Part shown: in pieces, positions 35,322 to 49,107 of the stretch
Position numbering within the stretch: the stretch's first letter is position 1
Layout: each line of letters starts with the position of its first letter
From: Lophium mytilinum
Taxonomy: Eukaryota
Assembly: GCA_010093605.1 (NCBI GenBank)
Contig: MU004182.1
Coordinates: forward strand, 1,335,032-1,399,031
Direction of reading: 5' to 3'
Length of the DNA: 64,000 nt
Position numbers and translations under genes: made by a program
Notes under the pieces: generated by a model
Databases searched by the model: none
What the model saw: the letters and a program-made list of their open reading frames with translations, nothing else
Told to the model about the DNA's origin: nothing

Positions 35322-37803
35322 TCAAGAAATATCAAACCGCTGCAGGTTCTGTGGCAGAGTGTCAATCCACCTCCCCCATGCTAAACCTTCCATGACCGGC
35401 GTGATGATGGCTGGACTGACGAGTCGCACTGATTCCGCATGAGGGCGGACGATGACAGGTACGGATAGTCCTGATACGAGTATGATCTGGTCACCGGGTT
35501 GAGCTTCGGTCGAACAGATCCCAATGGTTGGACTTAGTTCTTGTCGCCGAAGTAAGCGCTTTATAGGCGGTAGTCTCAAATTGTTCTCATACTCGAAGAT
35601 GATAATACTATTAAGGGAAATATCCAGGTGATTCGTGTAGAAGACTTGTACCCTTGTGTGAGCAAGGCTATTGCATATTGAGATGTGAGTGCGAAGGATG
35701 TCCTGATAAGATAGCCCTGCCCGTCCCTTGGTCAACAGCTCACTGGTAAGGAGGAACAAAAGACCAGAAGCGTCTCTTTTCTTCGAATTCTCTTTCAGGA
35801 ACGCCCAATAAGCGGGTAGCTCAACGTCAGCTCTGACTTCTGGTGATAGCGAGGGGTGATTAAGCGGATTCTGGATGACTTCTCCGAGACCATCCAAAGA
35901 ATCAAGCAGCACTAGGATCAATCGGAGATTCTCAACATGAATCAGGCTTTCATTTTCCTGATAGTCCTCGTCCGTTATTCGAAATGCGTGACAGCTGTTA
36001 ATAGTGCAGAGCTGACGTCCCCAGACCGTCAGCACGCTATCCTCTTCTGCGTCGTGGGATAGTTCCCAATAGGGCTCCGCCCCAGGTGTGGCGTGCCTCC
36101 CTCTCCTTGTCGATAGATATGGCTCTCCCCACGGAAATCGAAAGTCTGCAGACCAATCCGGGACCCAGGAGGGTTGTCCAGAAAGGCGTCGTTGAGCTGC
36201 AGCAAGCAAAAACTGCAGTGAGCCTGTTGTCCGAAGCACATCTGCTGTAAGCTGCCTGTATATCTCGTCTTTCGAGGATCTGTAGTTCGGTAAAGGAAGA
36301 TCAATAGTCGATATCTGTTGCAGTACACTATGTAGCCCGAAAGCCATGTCTTTAGGATTTGTGGCTTGCCGGGCGCAAAGCACATCGGCTAGATCGTGTA
36401 TTTCAGATTTCTTTAGCTCATGAAACACCACCCGCTCCAGAAACGCTGGAAACGGTGCATGTTTCGCTGGCCTGAACAACCAGATGCTGGCTAACAATAA
36501 TAGACCACACACCATTGGGATCAAGATAATGGGCCAGTGCGACGAAAAGTGCAACGGGTGCATTTTCTCCTTGTCTTCCCCTTCCTTGACCTGCCAGGGC
36601 AATACGAAGAGCACTGTGATAACTATGGTCGACAGTGTTAAGCCGACGACAGAAGTATAAACCAGCAGGTATTTCAGTAACTTGAGCACAAAGTACCCAA
36701 GAGAAATCCGGGAAACGAAGTACTCGTAATCTTGAAACTTGTTTCGATGCTCTTTTCCAGTACCATCAACGTAGCTGTCCGTTGTCAAGTCTTTGTACCG
36801 ATTTCTGTCTGAGACGATTCGTTTCCATCTGGTTGACGTTGATAGTGTTGGTGTAACGGAAAAGGCAGACACTCGGTAAGGTCGAATAGAGTCGAGGAAT
36901 ATGATACTAAATGCGAACCGAGACCACTGGAGATGAGCGTCACCACATACTACAATAGGGTTGGACGCGAGCAAAATCTCTTGATAGGTCCAGATTCGCT
37001 GGATCCATAGACGGGTTAATAGCTTGTCCAGATCATGATAGGATGCATGAATTACTCCCGAGGATCCTCTGATGGGCATAAGTAATGGAACTCGCCAGGA
37101 CCAATTTCGTTCTTGACCGATCAAAGGCGTCAGTGATGGTTATTACTAGTAGTGACATGTATATTCAGATTCACTTACTTTGTGTGGTAAACGGGAGAGG
37201 GTGCCTCCGGAGACTCCAACGCGATGTGAAGGAAGCCACAAACGCAGCCAAAGCGCGAGGTTTGGCCAACTTCCCACCATCCGGGTCGCCATTGACGCAA
37301 AAATACTCCAGAAAACCCGCTTTGGCCATATATTCCATGGCTCTGTTTGTAGCAGCATCACCTTCTCCGAGCCAGATGTAAACTCTTTGGGCGCTTGAGT
37401 AGATATCTCCCATCAATGGGATCTGCTTCATTTTGTCGCCGTCATTGGTCTGATCAATGCATATAGCATCTATCCATATAGTGAAACATGTCCCTATTTT
37501 CTTTCGTAGGTGTAGTAAAGCCGAGTGACAGTTGGCGCTGACGGGGAGGCTCGCAGCTCCGCATTTGATAGTATGAGGATCTGGTGCCGTTATTCCCCAT
37601 ACGTATGATAACGCGCAATATGAAGGGCTCTGCTCCAGATCGGCCACGAATAGGTCGCCCTTGATCGGTCCTCCATCATCCTGCAGGCCTGAAGGCGGAT
37701 GGATTTTGAGCAGGCGAATGCATTTGGACCTTGGAGACATAGGCAAGGACTTGTACAAGCTGGCAACATCATCGTTGCTGGCAGTTGAAACTGAAGCAGC
37801 CAT
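35322..37803 (-). CDS. HET-domain (heterokaryon incompatibility, HET-6-like) protein with a two-helix hydrophobic insertion; intron about 37107-37176
   Basis: Motifs IRLLKI, YCALSYVWG, IWIDAICIDQ, QIPLMGDIYSSAQRVYIWLG, WIQRIWTYQEILLA, ATNPKDMAFGL, PSWVPDWS and GDQIILVSG. Confidence 0.92.
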
Positions 37804-38655
37804 ATTAGCATTATCGAAAGGAGTCCAGGCGAGATAATCGGAGTCGCCGGCTGAGAGAGAGTGCTGGGTGCTTCATGATGATAGACTCGGTTGCCTGAGT
37901 GGAGAATTGGGGGCGGTTTCAGCCTCGTCTGATCAGCCAATAAAATTCCGTAACTGAGCAAAGCAGAGAAAAGAACATACTGTTTCGGATTCAAGATCCG
38001 TGTTCTATACGCGCCGAGATTAAAGGGGCCTCAAAGCCCAATTAGGCTGAACGGGTAGTGGTAATTACCTTCAAGGTCTATCCCCAATGTTCATGTAGCT
38101 CGGAACGGCAAGTCGCAGCATCATTCTACAGCTTCATGTGCCTCCCAACACACCACATTGATTGAAACTGAAGCGCGAGAAGAACACCTGGGTAGTGTAA
38201 CACAATCAGGTGGGGCAAATAACGCGGTCTGATGGATGCAAGGTAGAAGATGAAGGGACCGAGCCGTCGCTATTATGCATCTCTTCGAAATTGCTGCAGC
38301 CATCATGCTGGGAGTTCGCCTGAGCTATCTATAGGGACCCACCCATTTCTCTCCTTTCGGCCTCATACGTTGTTGGTGAATCCTACCACACTATGCAGGG
38401 TCCAGTACTTTGATATGTATGTATTCAAAATTGGATCTCCGTGGTTCCATTCGTGCAGATGGTGTGCATGTAGTTGATCGCCCTTTCAGCTCACACCCAC
38501 GGGAAGTGGAATTCTCCAAGCCATCAACACCAAGTTTCTGCGTGCTGCATAGCGAAGACCCACTCTCTCACTTCCAGCAGCCCACCCTTATCGAAACAGA
38601 TTAGAAAGCCATAGACACCGAGATTTGCGTGATAGCGCCCCCTTCCACCACTCCT

Positions 38656-39180
38656 TTACCTTGGATACACAACCTCCATCATCCTGACCCCCTCTTCATT
38701 CCTCGCCTCGAACTGAGTCACCCCCCTCGGTCCCACAGCTAGTCCCACCATCCCGAAATCCATCACACTCGCCGCCCTCACCGGCGGTTGTGTTAACAGC
38801 ATTTGCCGCCAACTTGCCTCGGGATACTTGAACGCATCCGGCCAATTCCCGTTCACCACTCGTACAACAAACACGATACAGTGCTCGCCCTGTGCGGTGA
38901 CCCAGCGCGTCGGCTTGCTGTGGCGGTCGATGTGCCCTGCGAATGCAGAATCGAGGAAGGGGTTTACGGTAGGTAGGGTGTAGGGGGGGCCAGAGGCGTC
39001 AAGGAGGGGACGGGTGGGGGCGAGAAAGAGGGCGCGTTGGAGGGGGAGGGAGCGTTGGATTAGGGATCGCCAGGTCGTACAGATACGTTGGGCGAAGAGG
39101 AGGGAGGGGGGTGGGAGGCGGAGAAGGATGTGCTCGAGGAGTTCGGTAGTAGAAAGGACGCGAGATGTTGCTGAAGTCAT
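38656..39180 (-). CDS. F-box-domain protein
   Basis: N-terminal VLSTTELLEHILLRLPPPSLLFAQRICTTWRSLI and the ASWRQMLLTQPP motif typical of fungal F-box proteins. Confidence 0.85.
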   Translation of the reverse strand: MTSATSRVLSTTELLEHILLRLPPPSLLFAQRICTTWRSLIQRSLPLQRALFLAPTRPLLDASGPPYTLPTVNPFLDSAFAGHIDRHSKPTRWVTAQGEHCIVFVVRVVNGNWPDAFKYPEASWRQMLLTQPPVRAASVMDFGMVGLAVGPRGVTQFEARNEEGVRMMEVVYPR

Positions 39181-40647
39181 TGTGAATGTGGGTGGAAGAA
39201 TCGTTGAGTTCGCGATGCACGATAATCGTCGAAGGATAAGGTGACATCACTTTAGAGTGCAAGATTAGCCGAAAGCAAAAGACGACGACGAGTCTATCGG
39301 TTGAGCCAGATCGCATATCAAAGCAAAAAGGCTTCCTCGTGTAACAGTGTCCGCGTTTGCATACTGACCACCAAGTGCAGTGTATCGCACGGAACCATTC
39401 CGCTTCGCTCACATATATTTTCTCAAGTAGTCACGTGACCCGTATTCCGATCGTGGCACAGCGTTAATCTCCACCCACCCTACATCTCCACAGCAGCCGA
39501 AAAGACACCGAAAAGCCAAAAGCTTTACGCCGCGGTACGCCAACTTTACACGCCGCAATCGTATATGGACCCACCACAACGGCCGCGACGGGAGCAAGAA
39601 GCAAGGAAACTGACCCTTCCAAAGCCCTGGAGATGGAGCCCATGGACCGTGTTGTACAGAGTCTCCTCATCTCTCCTGTGACTGCTTGAGATCGGACAAG
39701 TTTCAGTAGTGCCATGTTCATCAGCCAGAAGAAAATCTTTGGTAAGTATAGCGGTCGCATACACGTGATAGCTGATGACTGGTGGTACTGCATGAGAAGC
39801 TCTAGTAGTAGGTCCCTGCAGAGACTATTGGCGTAGTCTTCCCAGTCCTAGCGGTTGGGTTTCCCCGTGTTGCACCGTGGTAAGAGCTAGTTGCAAGCTA
39901 GATGTAAGCTAGATGTGTGACACCTAAGCGACGCTATCGTTGGACTAGGTGTGATGCAGCCACGTGAAAGACGGTTCTCTTGCGCCACAGTAAGGAAGCA
40001 AATCCGATCCCGAGTCTAAAGACTAGACGCGCGGATCGTGGGTATTGGTTTGATTCTTGTCCTAGGTCATACGAGGTATTACATCAAATTTTCGCAGCTC
40101 CGCCTGCCAACAAAGAGAAAGCCAGCATCAGGGTCATTACTTCAAAACGCCTCTGCCCCAGTTTTATAGATCCTCCCAGGACTAGGGAACATCATCGACA
40201 TAGCTGCGCTCAGCTCCCAATAAAAATGGTCCCCTTTGTCAGAGCTACGGCCCGATTTAACAACGCATCGCAATGAAAACGGGCGAAAGACAAGCATCCC
40301 ATGCACGATCTCCATCGGAAGCCGCTCCGTGAAACATATGCATTGCGGTTATGCACCGCACGTACCCTTAGCCTGCTAACGATGGACCGCTACATCTGTT
40401 TCCCGATCGTCGTAGCACAGCTTACGGCCAATGTGGATGGCAAGTTCCAGCAAATCCGATCTTGTGTGGATTTTTCAGAGGTGTAACGGCGACTTCGGTC
40501 GTTGAGAGGGACGCTGCTAGACGCATTTCGCATGCGCCGGTAGGGGCAGAATGCGTCCGTCACTCACTTTCGAAGGGAGCGAAGGTGCCGGAGATGATTC
40601 GAAGTCGGTCAGGTCCATATTTCTAACGTTGACGGCCCGGGTAATCG

Positions 40648-41211
40648 TTACGACCAGGTGTTGGGATTGTAGTCGTGACCTGAATGAGAATGATGGTGGC
40701 CCTGCCCATTTGTATGAGGAGGAGCAGGGCTTGCGAGCATTTCTTCGTCTCCATCACTGTACTCTCCCATGGAATCAGGATTGGAGTACCCGTCTCTGCA
40801 GGAAAGCCTCTCCCAGTCTTTCCTCCAAGCTTCGCTTGGGCCTTCGTCGGGCGACAGCGGCTTGAAAGACATATCCATCGGATCCACTCCTCGTGAGCGT
40901 TCATCGAAGGAAGGCAATATCAACGGGTCTGCAACTGCTGATTCCTCATAGCGCGCAGCATGCAATGAGGAAGCCGCCGAGCTGGAACCCGCCCGCGTGG
41001 AAAGCTGAGGCTCCGCCGAGTCTTTCCGCTGGTCGGCCAGATGACGTTCGGAGAGAAGTTTCTCCAAGTTGCTAACACGCTGCTCTAACAAGTTGATTCG
41101 CCGTTGTTGTGCTTGAGCGACGCTCTCGGACCGTTGCTTGAAGTTCTCTACGTTGTTGGAGAATCTGTGAAGAGTGTCGTTGATCCGTTCTGTTATCCAG
41201 GTAAGTGACAT
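40648..41211 (-). CDS. Hypothetical 187-aa protein with an N-terminal coiled coil and disordered tail
   Basis: From ATG 41211: heptad-like RRINLLEQRVSNLEKLL, then an acidic/His-rich tail. The upstream part of the listed ORF looks like a pyrimidine-rich 5' UTR. Confidence 0.6.
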   Translation of the reverse strand: MSLTWITERINDTLHRFSNNVENFKQRSESVAQAQQRRINLLEQRVSNLEKLLSERHLADQRKDSAEPQLSTRAGSSSAASSLHAARYEESAVADPLILPSFDERSRGVDPMDMSFKPLSPDEGPSEAWRKDWERLSCRDGYSNPDSMGEYSDGDEEMLASPAPPHTNGQGHHHSHSGHDYNPNTWS

Positions 41212-44200
41212 AGCTGCGAGGACACGGAAATAACGAAGTTCTGAGAGTCGGCGCCAGGTTGAAAGAAGGAAGGACTGTGATATAACAGATGGCCTTGACC
41301 GAAAGAGCAGATGCAAAGGGCAATAATGAAAGAAGACGGGGAACAAGGCAGATGCGTGGGACAGGAGAATAGAGAGTGGGATGCAGAGCGTAGCGGGAGG
41401 CTCTATAAAGAGCTGGCAGCTTGCGGTCGGTGGGTTAGTGCCAAAGCGAATGCGGGTCGGCAAGGGGCTCGAGGCCTTGGAGTTGGAAAAGGGCCTGACC
41501 GGGGCGAGGGGACAGACAGCCAACGACGAGGCACGCGCTCTCGCGGTAAGCGCAGCAGCAGGCGGCAAAGCAGAGCACCAGGGCAGGCTACTGGAGCGGG
41601 GAGAACGGGCCTGGACATCGGAAAGAGTGACGACTGTGTGGTCCAGGGGTGGCATCATGGTTGCAGCCGCTGCCCAGGTGCGGGACTGAAGTGGGCCGCG
41701 GCGAGAAAGGCAAAGGGTGCATTGAGCGAGGTGCATGCCCTGGGATTGCTGCTTTGTCTGCTCTCAAGCCCAGCAGCCAGCCCTGCTAGCAGGAGGTCTT
41801 TGTGAGAGGTCATTCAGGATGCGCCGCCACGGCGCAGGGTGACTGGCCGCCGAGCGGCCAACGTCGACCGATCGACACGGCTAACGCCATGCTGCGTAGG
41901 GGATGCAGAGGCGCATGGCGCGCATGGGGCCGGCGGTGATGGGCCATCTTGGGTCTTTGGGCGAGGTACCAGCTGGAGGTGAGGCATGTCGCACCGGCCG
42001 CAGTGCAGGCGACTGCACGCGGCTCTAGAGGGTGCGACCGGCCTGCGAGATGCGCTTCCCCGGCCCGTGTGAGTGGCCCTCAGCATGCTGGAAGACGAGG
42101 TGTCAATGGCCAGGGCGCTCACACCAGGGTTGCTCGAGCCACGGCAACGCCCAGGGACGCGGGGCGACGACGCCACGGGATCTGGAGATCGGATGGTGCC
42201 AGAATCTGGACAGCTTGTTGCGGGGGGCGAGTTGGGCATTCTGAGCGCCAGAGCCTTGCTTGATGCTTGCTTGATGCTGGCTGCTCCCAAAGCAGAGGCG
42301 ACATAGCGCGTGCTGCCACCAGCTCGCTCACCGTTCAGGCGCCTGGATGCAGTGGCAGCAGTGGGCTGGCCGGGAAGGAATCCCATTTGTAGAGACGCCG
42401 CAAACGCCTGTTCACTGAGACGCGCCGTTGCCCGTCTCCCGAAGCGATCCTGGCCTGCTAGCACGGGCTGTGACGAGCCCTGCAGCAGTCTGTGTCCCTA
42501 TGGACGAAAATACTGTATCTTCATCGCGACCTCACCTGCACCACCTCTCACGCCTAGACGGACGTGCTTCCGACTTCCGCTGAGGCGCCCGTGTCGTGCG
42601 TCGAGGCTTCCGCTCGTGTATGCGAGGCGATCCTCCTGCGCCATTGTGCCATTAGCCCCCAGCATCCTCCTAATCCGACTGCTGCTATCGCCTCCCGTCT
42701 TGCTCGGGCACTCAACACGGCTAGCTGTGCCATCTGGTGCTCATGGCCCTCTCCACTGTGTTGACATCGAAGGCGATCCCTGGCCTAATCCAGTGCCATC
42801 TTGACACGCTCACGCACGATGAAGGGAGTACCCGCTCCCTGCTCAACCAGTGACTTCCTAGCGGCGTGCCAGCTACGAGTGATACGGATGACGCGCGCCC
42901 TGCCGTGTAGGCTGCCGTCGTCGATATAGCGGTGTATTGCTGTACTCTTCTCACTGGCATACCCCAAGGATTCCAGCTCTTGCTCATCGACCGCCTCGCA
43001 AATCGAAACAAGGGATCCACAGTCTCGACGAGGCTATCTCATACTGACCAACCAATAGCCCCATCGTGGTCCGCAGGAAACGCCTCTTTTAAAAGACGCA
43101 GTTGTGCTGGACCCGGCGAAGAGCCGCGCGCTTCTTGACTTCGAGCTGTCACACACAGTCCAATGTTGGCTTAGTCTAGGAAAAAGAGAAGTCAAACCTT
43201 AGGGCTGTCCCCACACCCTACAACAACGGTACCGACTCCGATCGTCACAGCTACCACGGTAGGTGCGTCATCGTCGGAAGCATGTTCCGCTCATCGACCA
43301 AGTAGCCCACAATCCCCTAGCGTCTGTTAAGTGCTGAGCCTGGCACCTGGTTGATGCACTATTACTTATTCTCCGGAATCTTGCGCCCTAGCAATTTTCA
43401 CTCCCTCGCGCTCCTTTCTTCTCAGTGTTCGTAAACCATTAGGCATATCGAAACCAAGAGCAACTGTCCTCAGCGTCCCATTGTCTCTCAAACGAGGGCT
43501 TCTTCTTCGTCTCGGTACGGTCGATGATATGCTCAAATCCCATATTTGCCTGACTGCCGTGCACTGACATTGACAACTGCACGCGGGTCTCGCTCTGCGT
43601 ACTCGCCAGCCCATATGCTCGGCGTCGTGAGCAACCTACTTCTCTGCATGCCATACTTCTAGGGCGTATGCGCGTAGGGCACATGTGCCGTGGATCCATT
43701 GTGCTTGTCCTTGCAGGAAGTTCTCCGCCTGATGCACGCGATTCCCGGGTATCGAGATACATACCAAGGCTTTGCCAATGTTCATATCGGCTGCTTGCAG
43801 CCTTTCTCCCGGATCGGTGAGCGAACTGACCACTGCAGCTGGATCTGGCGCCAATAGGGCGCTCGCAGGGCGTTCGTATCAATCATGCGCACTGATTTGA
43901 GACCCTCACCGATCCAGAAAACTTTGAGCAGGTTTGTTGCCGTTACCATCTGCAAAGCTCTTCTCATATCGGCTCCTACTTCCGTTTTTGAGCACACATA
44001 CTATCGATTCTCATGCAGCATGTGGAATCCGGGGGCTGCAGCAGTTGTGCGGCGTCTGACAGAGGACTGGTCTCGGGGCCTTCGAGACGTGTCAGTATGT
44101 GAGCTTCTGCAACAGATTCTCAGGCTAGCGCTAGTTCTCCTTCCGAACCACTCATCGAGATCGTCGAATATACTAGTTGCTCCTCCAAGGGTAGCGTGAT

Positions 44201-46474
44201 AAGCTTCTATGTCCCTGAACCTCCTTCTGTATAACCTGACTAATCGAGTCGCAGGTAGAACCGGGATATGAACTATCAAAGAAGCGTCTCCATCCTCGTC
44301 ATGTTAGCCTCACTCTAGTTTCTGAAGGCTTCTCTACCCTTCCAAAGTCGGATAGCCAGATCTAAAAATCGAACAGCCGGGGCTTCTAGCCGATGAACTA
44401 TTCTCCCGCGATGAGCTCGTCGTTTAGCGGCGAAGTGGAAAGCGAAGCTCTTTGTATGTTCTCGTGGACGAGCGGGTCGAGCGATACGGCGAGGACGACG
44501 ACTGTGTCGCGACCCACAGCTGATAAACCGTGTTCGCTGATGGTCGCGCCAATAGTGCCCGCAATGGCGAGCTGATCACCGAAAGTACAGCGTCGATAAA
44601 TCCAGCAACTATCCGCACAACCTGGTCAGTACTTCGGCGGCCTCGCTACGAAGAGGTTCAGCGGCGGCACTTCTCCTTGGGATCAGATCTGTACGGCCAC
44701 GAACGGGACAAGTATCATCGGGCCCAGACTCATTACCGGCACCGCGGCGGCTGAGCGCTCAGAGGTAGCGATATTGAAGAAGGGTCGGGTCAGATATCAA
44801 AGACGAACACCGTATTGCATGGCCTCAGTAGTCAACATAACGGACAAAGCCATATCTGCAATCGCAAAAGCCATAATCACGGCGGACACACCCACAGTCG
44901 TTGCCAAAAGAGGCCGCCAGCTTGATAAGTGCCAGGACCCAGCCTTGTTGTTTACGTCTTCGTCCCCATCTTAAGGTTTACCAGACATGCCGGACTAAAC
45001 CATAGCGCAGCTTCAAGCAATCTCGTCAATTGCTCACATGTCAATGACGCACACATTCGCAACCCGCGCCCTCGTAGTCGTGACCTAGAGTGGACGAGGT
45101 AGTAATCACGCCAGTATGCCAATAGAAAAATTCCGTCATTCTAGGTAGTCTCTTGCTGCAAAAAAAGCTGTGGCGTATCGCAAAGAGATAAACGACTCAG
45201 GTTGCGCAGTGCCGCCCAATCATTCAACCATGCCATGCCGTGCTTTTGAAGCTGTCAGGCAAATTTCACGTGTAACCTGCCCTAAAACGGCCCGATTTAG
45301 CAACGCGGCCCGCCGGATGCAGCAGCGCGCGGTGTCGTGATTCGCTGTTTCGGGTCTGGAAAGTTTCCCCGTGGGGCCGCGAAAGAGCCCGCGCTTTGCC
45401 CTGATAAGTCGGGGGACAGGTTCTGGGCTGCGTCGAACGAAAATATTGGACTGATAACCACGTTATCGGATCCTCCGTTCCTCCGTGCTGGACTACGCAT
45501 CTAGCAGAATACGCAAGCGATAACAACCCAGTACGACGACGACGACGACGAATGTTGCAGAGACCGTGGATCAAATCTCTCGGGACGTCGAGGGAGCGGG
45601 CTGGTGGCAGACGGGCTACTTATGTCCTTTCGCGATCCTTTGCGCCTTAGCAGCGGACCAACCTGCCCTGCCCGAGTCGAATCTTTCCCCCTTCAGCCCC
45701 CGAAGCGAAAACACGCGACCTCCCGTCCCGTCCCGCGTGATAAACCTCACCAATCTCTTCACGGTTCCTGATAGAGTTTCGAGCCACGCCATTTGCTTTC
45801 GGTCCTATTACCCAGATTCCGGGGCTCTGGAGGACCCTGACTCTTGGGCACCTACGTATCGACGTCCTAAGGGGGTGCAAAAAAACGCCTTCGGCCGGGT
45901 CGCTTCTAGAAACTGGACGGACTAGCAACACCGTGGCGTAGAAGGACCGGGGAAGCAACACCGGGGAAGGGACCGAGCCATTTATATGCCGAACTGGATC
46001 GCTTCATGATTCGTGCTTATCGTATTGACCGCCCGACAATGTTAGATTAAGCTTAAGGTCGCAACCATCGTGCTGCACAGAAGGGCCGAGGAAGGTGTGC
46101 GGAAGCGGCTTGCTACGCCACCATGAGGAGATGATCCTCCCCTAAACCCAGGAGATGGAGGGGAAGTGGAGACCTAGGGGATACTTAAGTGTGGAGGTGG
46201 GTCCTTGCCGTTGATCCACAGCAAGATCGTCTGGGTGCTCCTTGGTTTCTTTCCCCGGATTTTCTCTTCCCTTCTCCTGGTTCCTGGGTTTCTATAGGTT
46301 TTGACTTGGGCTTCAGCTTCGACTTTGCTGCGACTTCGACTTGGCTTCCACTTCGGGTTGACTTGAGTTGACATCGACTTGGACTTCCACCTGACCTCGA
46401 CCTGGAATTCGACCTTTCGCCCCTTCATCTATATCCGCCTTGACACACTCCGTGGCAGGAGCCCTCCCGAAACC

Positions 46475-47687
46475 ATGTCACTCGTCCCTAAAAACCCCTC
46501 CTCGGTCATGCACCCCGTCCCACGCCGAACGAACGACTTCACATCAGAGGCTGTACTTGTGATAACATGTTCCGCACTCGCCTTATACAGCGCTATCGAA
46601 CTCCTCCTCATGATTTTCACCACGTTCAAACGCTGGACCGGCCTGTACTTCTGGAGTATGCTGATCGCCACGACGGGGATCATTCCATACAACATCGGCT
46701 ATTTGATTGTCTACTTCGACCTGACCAAGAACTATGCCGGCTTCATCATCGACAGCATCGGGTGGGCGGCTATGATAACGGGCCAGTCGGTCGTGCTGTA
46801 CTCGCGGCTGCACATCATCCTACGAAACCAGAAGATCTTGCGAGGGGTGCTGTATATGATCATCTTCAATGTAAGCGTGCCCAACCGTATCCGTGCAGAG
46901 GGGAGAGGATGTGGATTGAGCTAGAGTCTAATACGATTTTCAGGGTGTCGTCTGGCACACCACTACGACCGTTGTCCTTTTCGGTGCTTATTTGTCGCCC
47001 GACGACAGCTTCATGCGCGCCTACAACGTCATTGAGAAGCTCCAAATGACCATCTTCTGCCTGCAAGAATTCATCATATCAGGCCTTTACGTCTGGAAAA
47101 CGAGCGAGCTGCTCAAAAACGTCTACGTTGGCGGCGGGCGGCAAGCAACGCGGGGCACCATGTTCCAGCTCTTCTTCGTCAATGTCATCATCATTATTCT
47201 GGACATTGCCCTCCTCGCCCTCGAATACAAGAACCTGCTGGTCTTGGAGCAAGGCTTCAAGAGTGTCATCTATGCTGCCAAGCTCAAGCTCGAATTTGCG
47301 ATCCTCGGAAAGCTGGTCAGTGTTGTGCAGAATAACGATCGGTCTCAATCGGGCAGCAATAGCAGACCTAAGGCTGGCGAGATCCGCCGTACGACTACCA
47401 CCACTGTGGTTGCTAGTACAACACAATCCGCGGCTGGAAGGAAAGAGCGTGGGTCCAAGTGGTATAAATTAGGCGAGCAACCTGAGGGTATTCATATGGA
47501 TCACATGACCATCAACGAACATCCGCCTAGCCCAAGGATGGTGACTTTTGACTCAAAGGACGACCATGACCGGATTGAAGCAGTTGAGATACAGGAGCGC
47601 GAAAGTAGTGAGTTTGAGCGACAGAGCAAGGCGAGCAAGAATTCGGACGTGACCTTGTTCAGGAGTATATCGAAGCAAGGCGACTAG
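46475..47687 (+). CDS. Multi-pass (about 7 TM) fungal integral membrane protein; intron about 46871-46943
   Basis: Motifs TFKRWTGLYFWSMLIAT, MITGQSVVLYSRLH, EKLQMTIFCLQEFIISGLY and YAAKLKLEFAILGKL. Confidence 0.85.
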
Positions 47688-48078
47688 TTAATGGAGGTTA
47701 AAGCGATGTTAAGGTGATTTTGGGTATTTAATGATATAAACTTAGTGTGTTTACTCGGAGTGGTTGCTTGTGGGTAGAGCTTCGGCGTTGGGGTGCAATT
47801 TCGATATTTCTGCTGCTCGCGCGTAATCTGCGGACAAGAAAAGTCGAGTTGATCGGGAAATCAAAAGAAAGACATAATACAGAAATGAAAATTACAAGTT
47901 CATTCAGAGTCTCGGACCTACTAAATGAAGTAAAATCGCAAAGCAAAAAGAAGGCTTAATGATATTTCGGCATTCAGAAGGGGAGCGTTCAGATCAGAAA
48001 GAGAAGGTGATGCTTCAGAATGAGCACGTGGGATTCGTCCAAAATGTGACCCTACCTGTGATTGATAACAGACTCCTC

Positions 48079-49107
48079 TCAGTCATCTTCGCATCCGGGG
48101 CAATCATTCTTGTATAGGGGATTGACTTCGACCTCCCTGCACCACAAGGCCCACGGTCTAGAGACAGTCTCCTTCATGCTGCTCCATGCCTCTGCTGCTT
48201 CCTTGTCGCTTAGATATTTCAGCTCACCCTCCATCTTTAGCTTTCCGGACTTGATCTTCCCTCCGCCCTCTACATCAACCTTGCCTTCTACTGCGACCCC
48301 AAAGTATGCGTTACGGAGGGTTAATGCTGTAGTTTGTGTTTTTGACGCCTCTTTCGTGTAGATCGCCTGAACCACGGCCTCCTCAATAGAGTGCGCGACA
48401 GTCGTGAAACCATGTCCTTGCATCAGGACGACATAATGATCGGGCTCGTGGTCAGGCTCTGCTGCCGCCCCCGGAAGTGCTGACCGCATTTTGGAGTAGA
48501 TGAAGCCAGCAGACGTCGCAGGCTTGAACGTTGCTGAGAGGGAGGCACCGAGGGACGTGTCGCGGACGAGCAAGTCATGCTTTGAGCCACTGGAATAGTG
48601 AGACGATATGTCCCATACAGGGACGTTGGAACCTATAATTCAATCTTATCAGTCATGTTTCGCTCGAGATGGTGTAATGAGCTGGTGAAACGGTGGATGC
48701 ACACCGAGAAAGCCAGCCATATGTGTAGTGGCCCGTAATGGCACACCGCTCACGCCGTATGGTAGCACGTCACTACAATGGCTATGCACGACGCTGTTGA
48801 CTGTCGGGAAGCGCTTGTAGATTTCGCTGTGGATGCAGCGTTCGATATATCCTTGTGGTACGTTCTTCTCGACGGGACTTGCATCCTCGACATTGTATTC
48901 TATAATGTCGTCGGGAGAGCTCACAAGCGCCGGGGAGATGTTGCACGGCATATAGAAGGACGCTGGATTGTCAGGACTCCGAACAGAGATGTGCCCGTAA
49001 GCGTCGAGGACGCCATTGTTGTGGAGGATGTGTGAAGCCGTGACCAGGCCCTTGAAGAGGTCCTCCAGACCGATCTTCTCGCGCTTTGGGAAGTATCCTG
49101 CAGACAT
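48079..49107 (-). CDS. Class II aldolase/adducin-domain protein, 2 exons
   Basis: Motifs LDAYGHISVR, ERCIHSEIY, VVHSH and VVLMQGHGF; intron about 48634-48703. Confidence 0.88.

Noticed and set aside
39780..40100. Possible tRNA or structured RNA
   Set aside because: No acceptor stem or properly placed A/B boxes could be built by eye; tRNAscan-SE would settle it.
41212..41736. N-terminal extension of the 362-aa ORF
   Set aside because: Composition is UTR/promoter-like, so ATG 41211 is the more plausible start.
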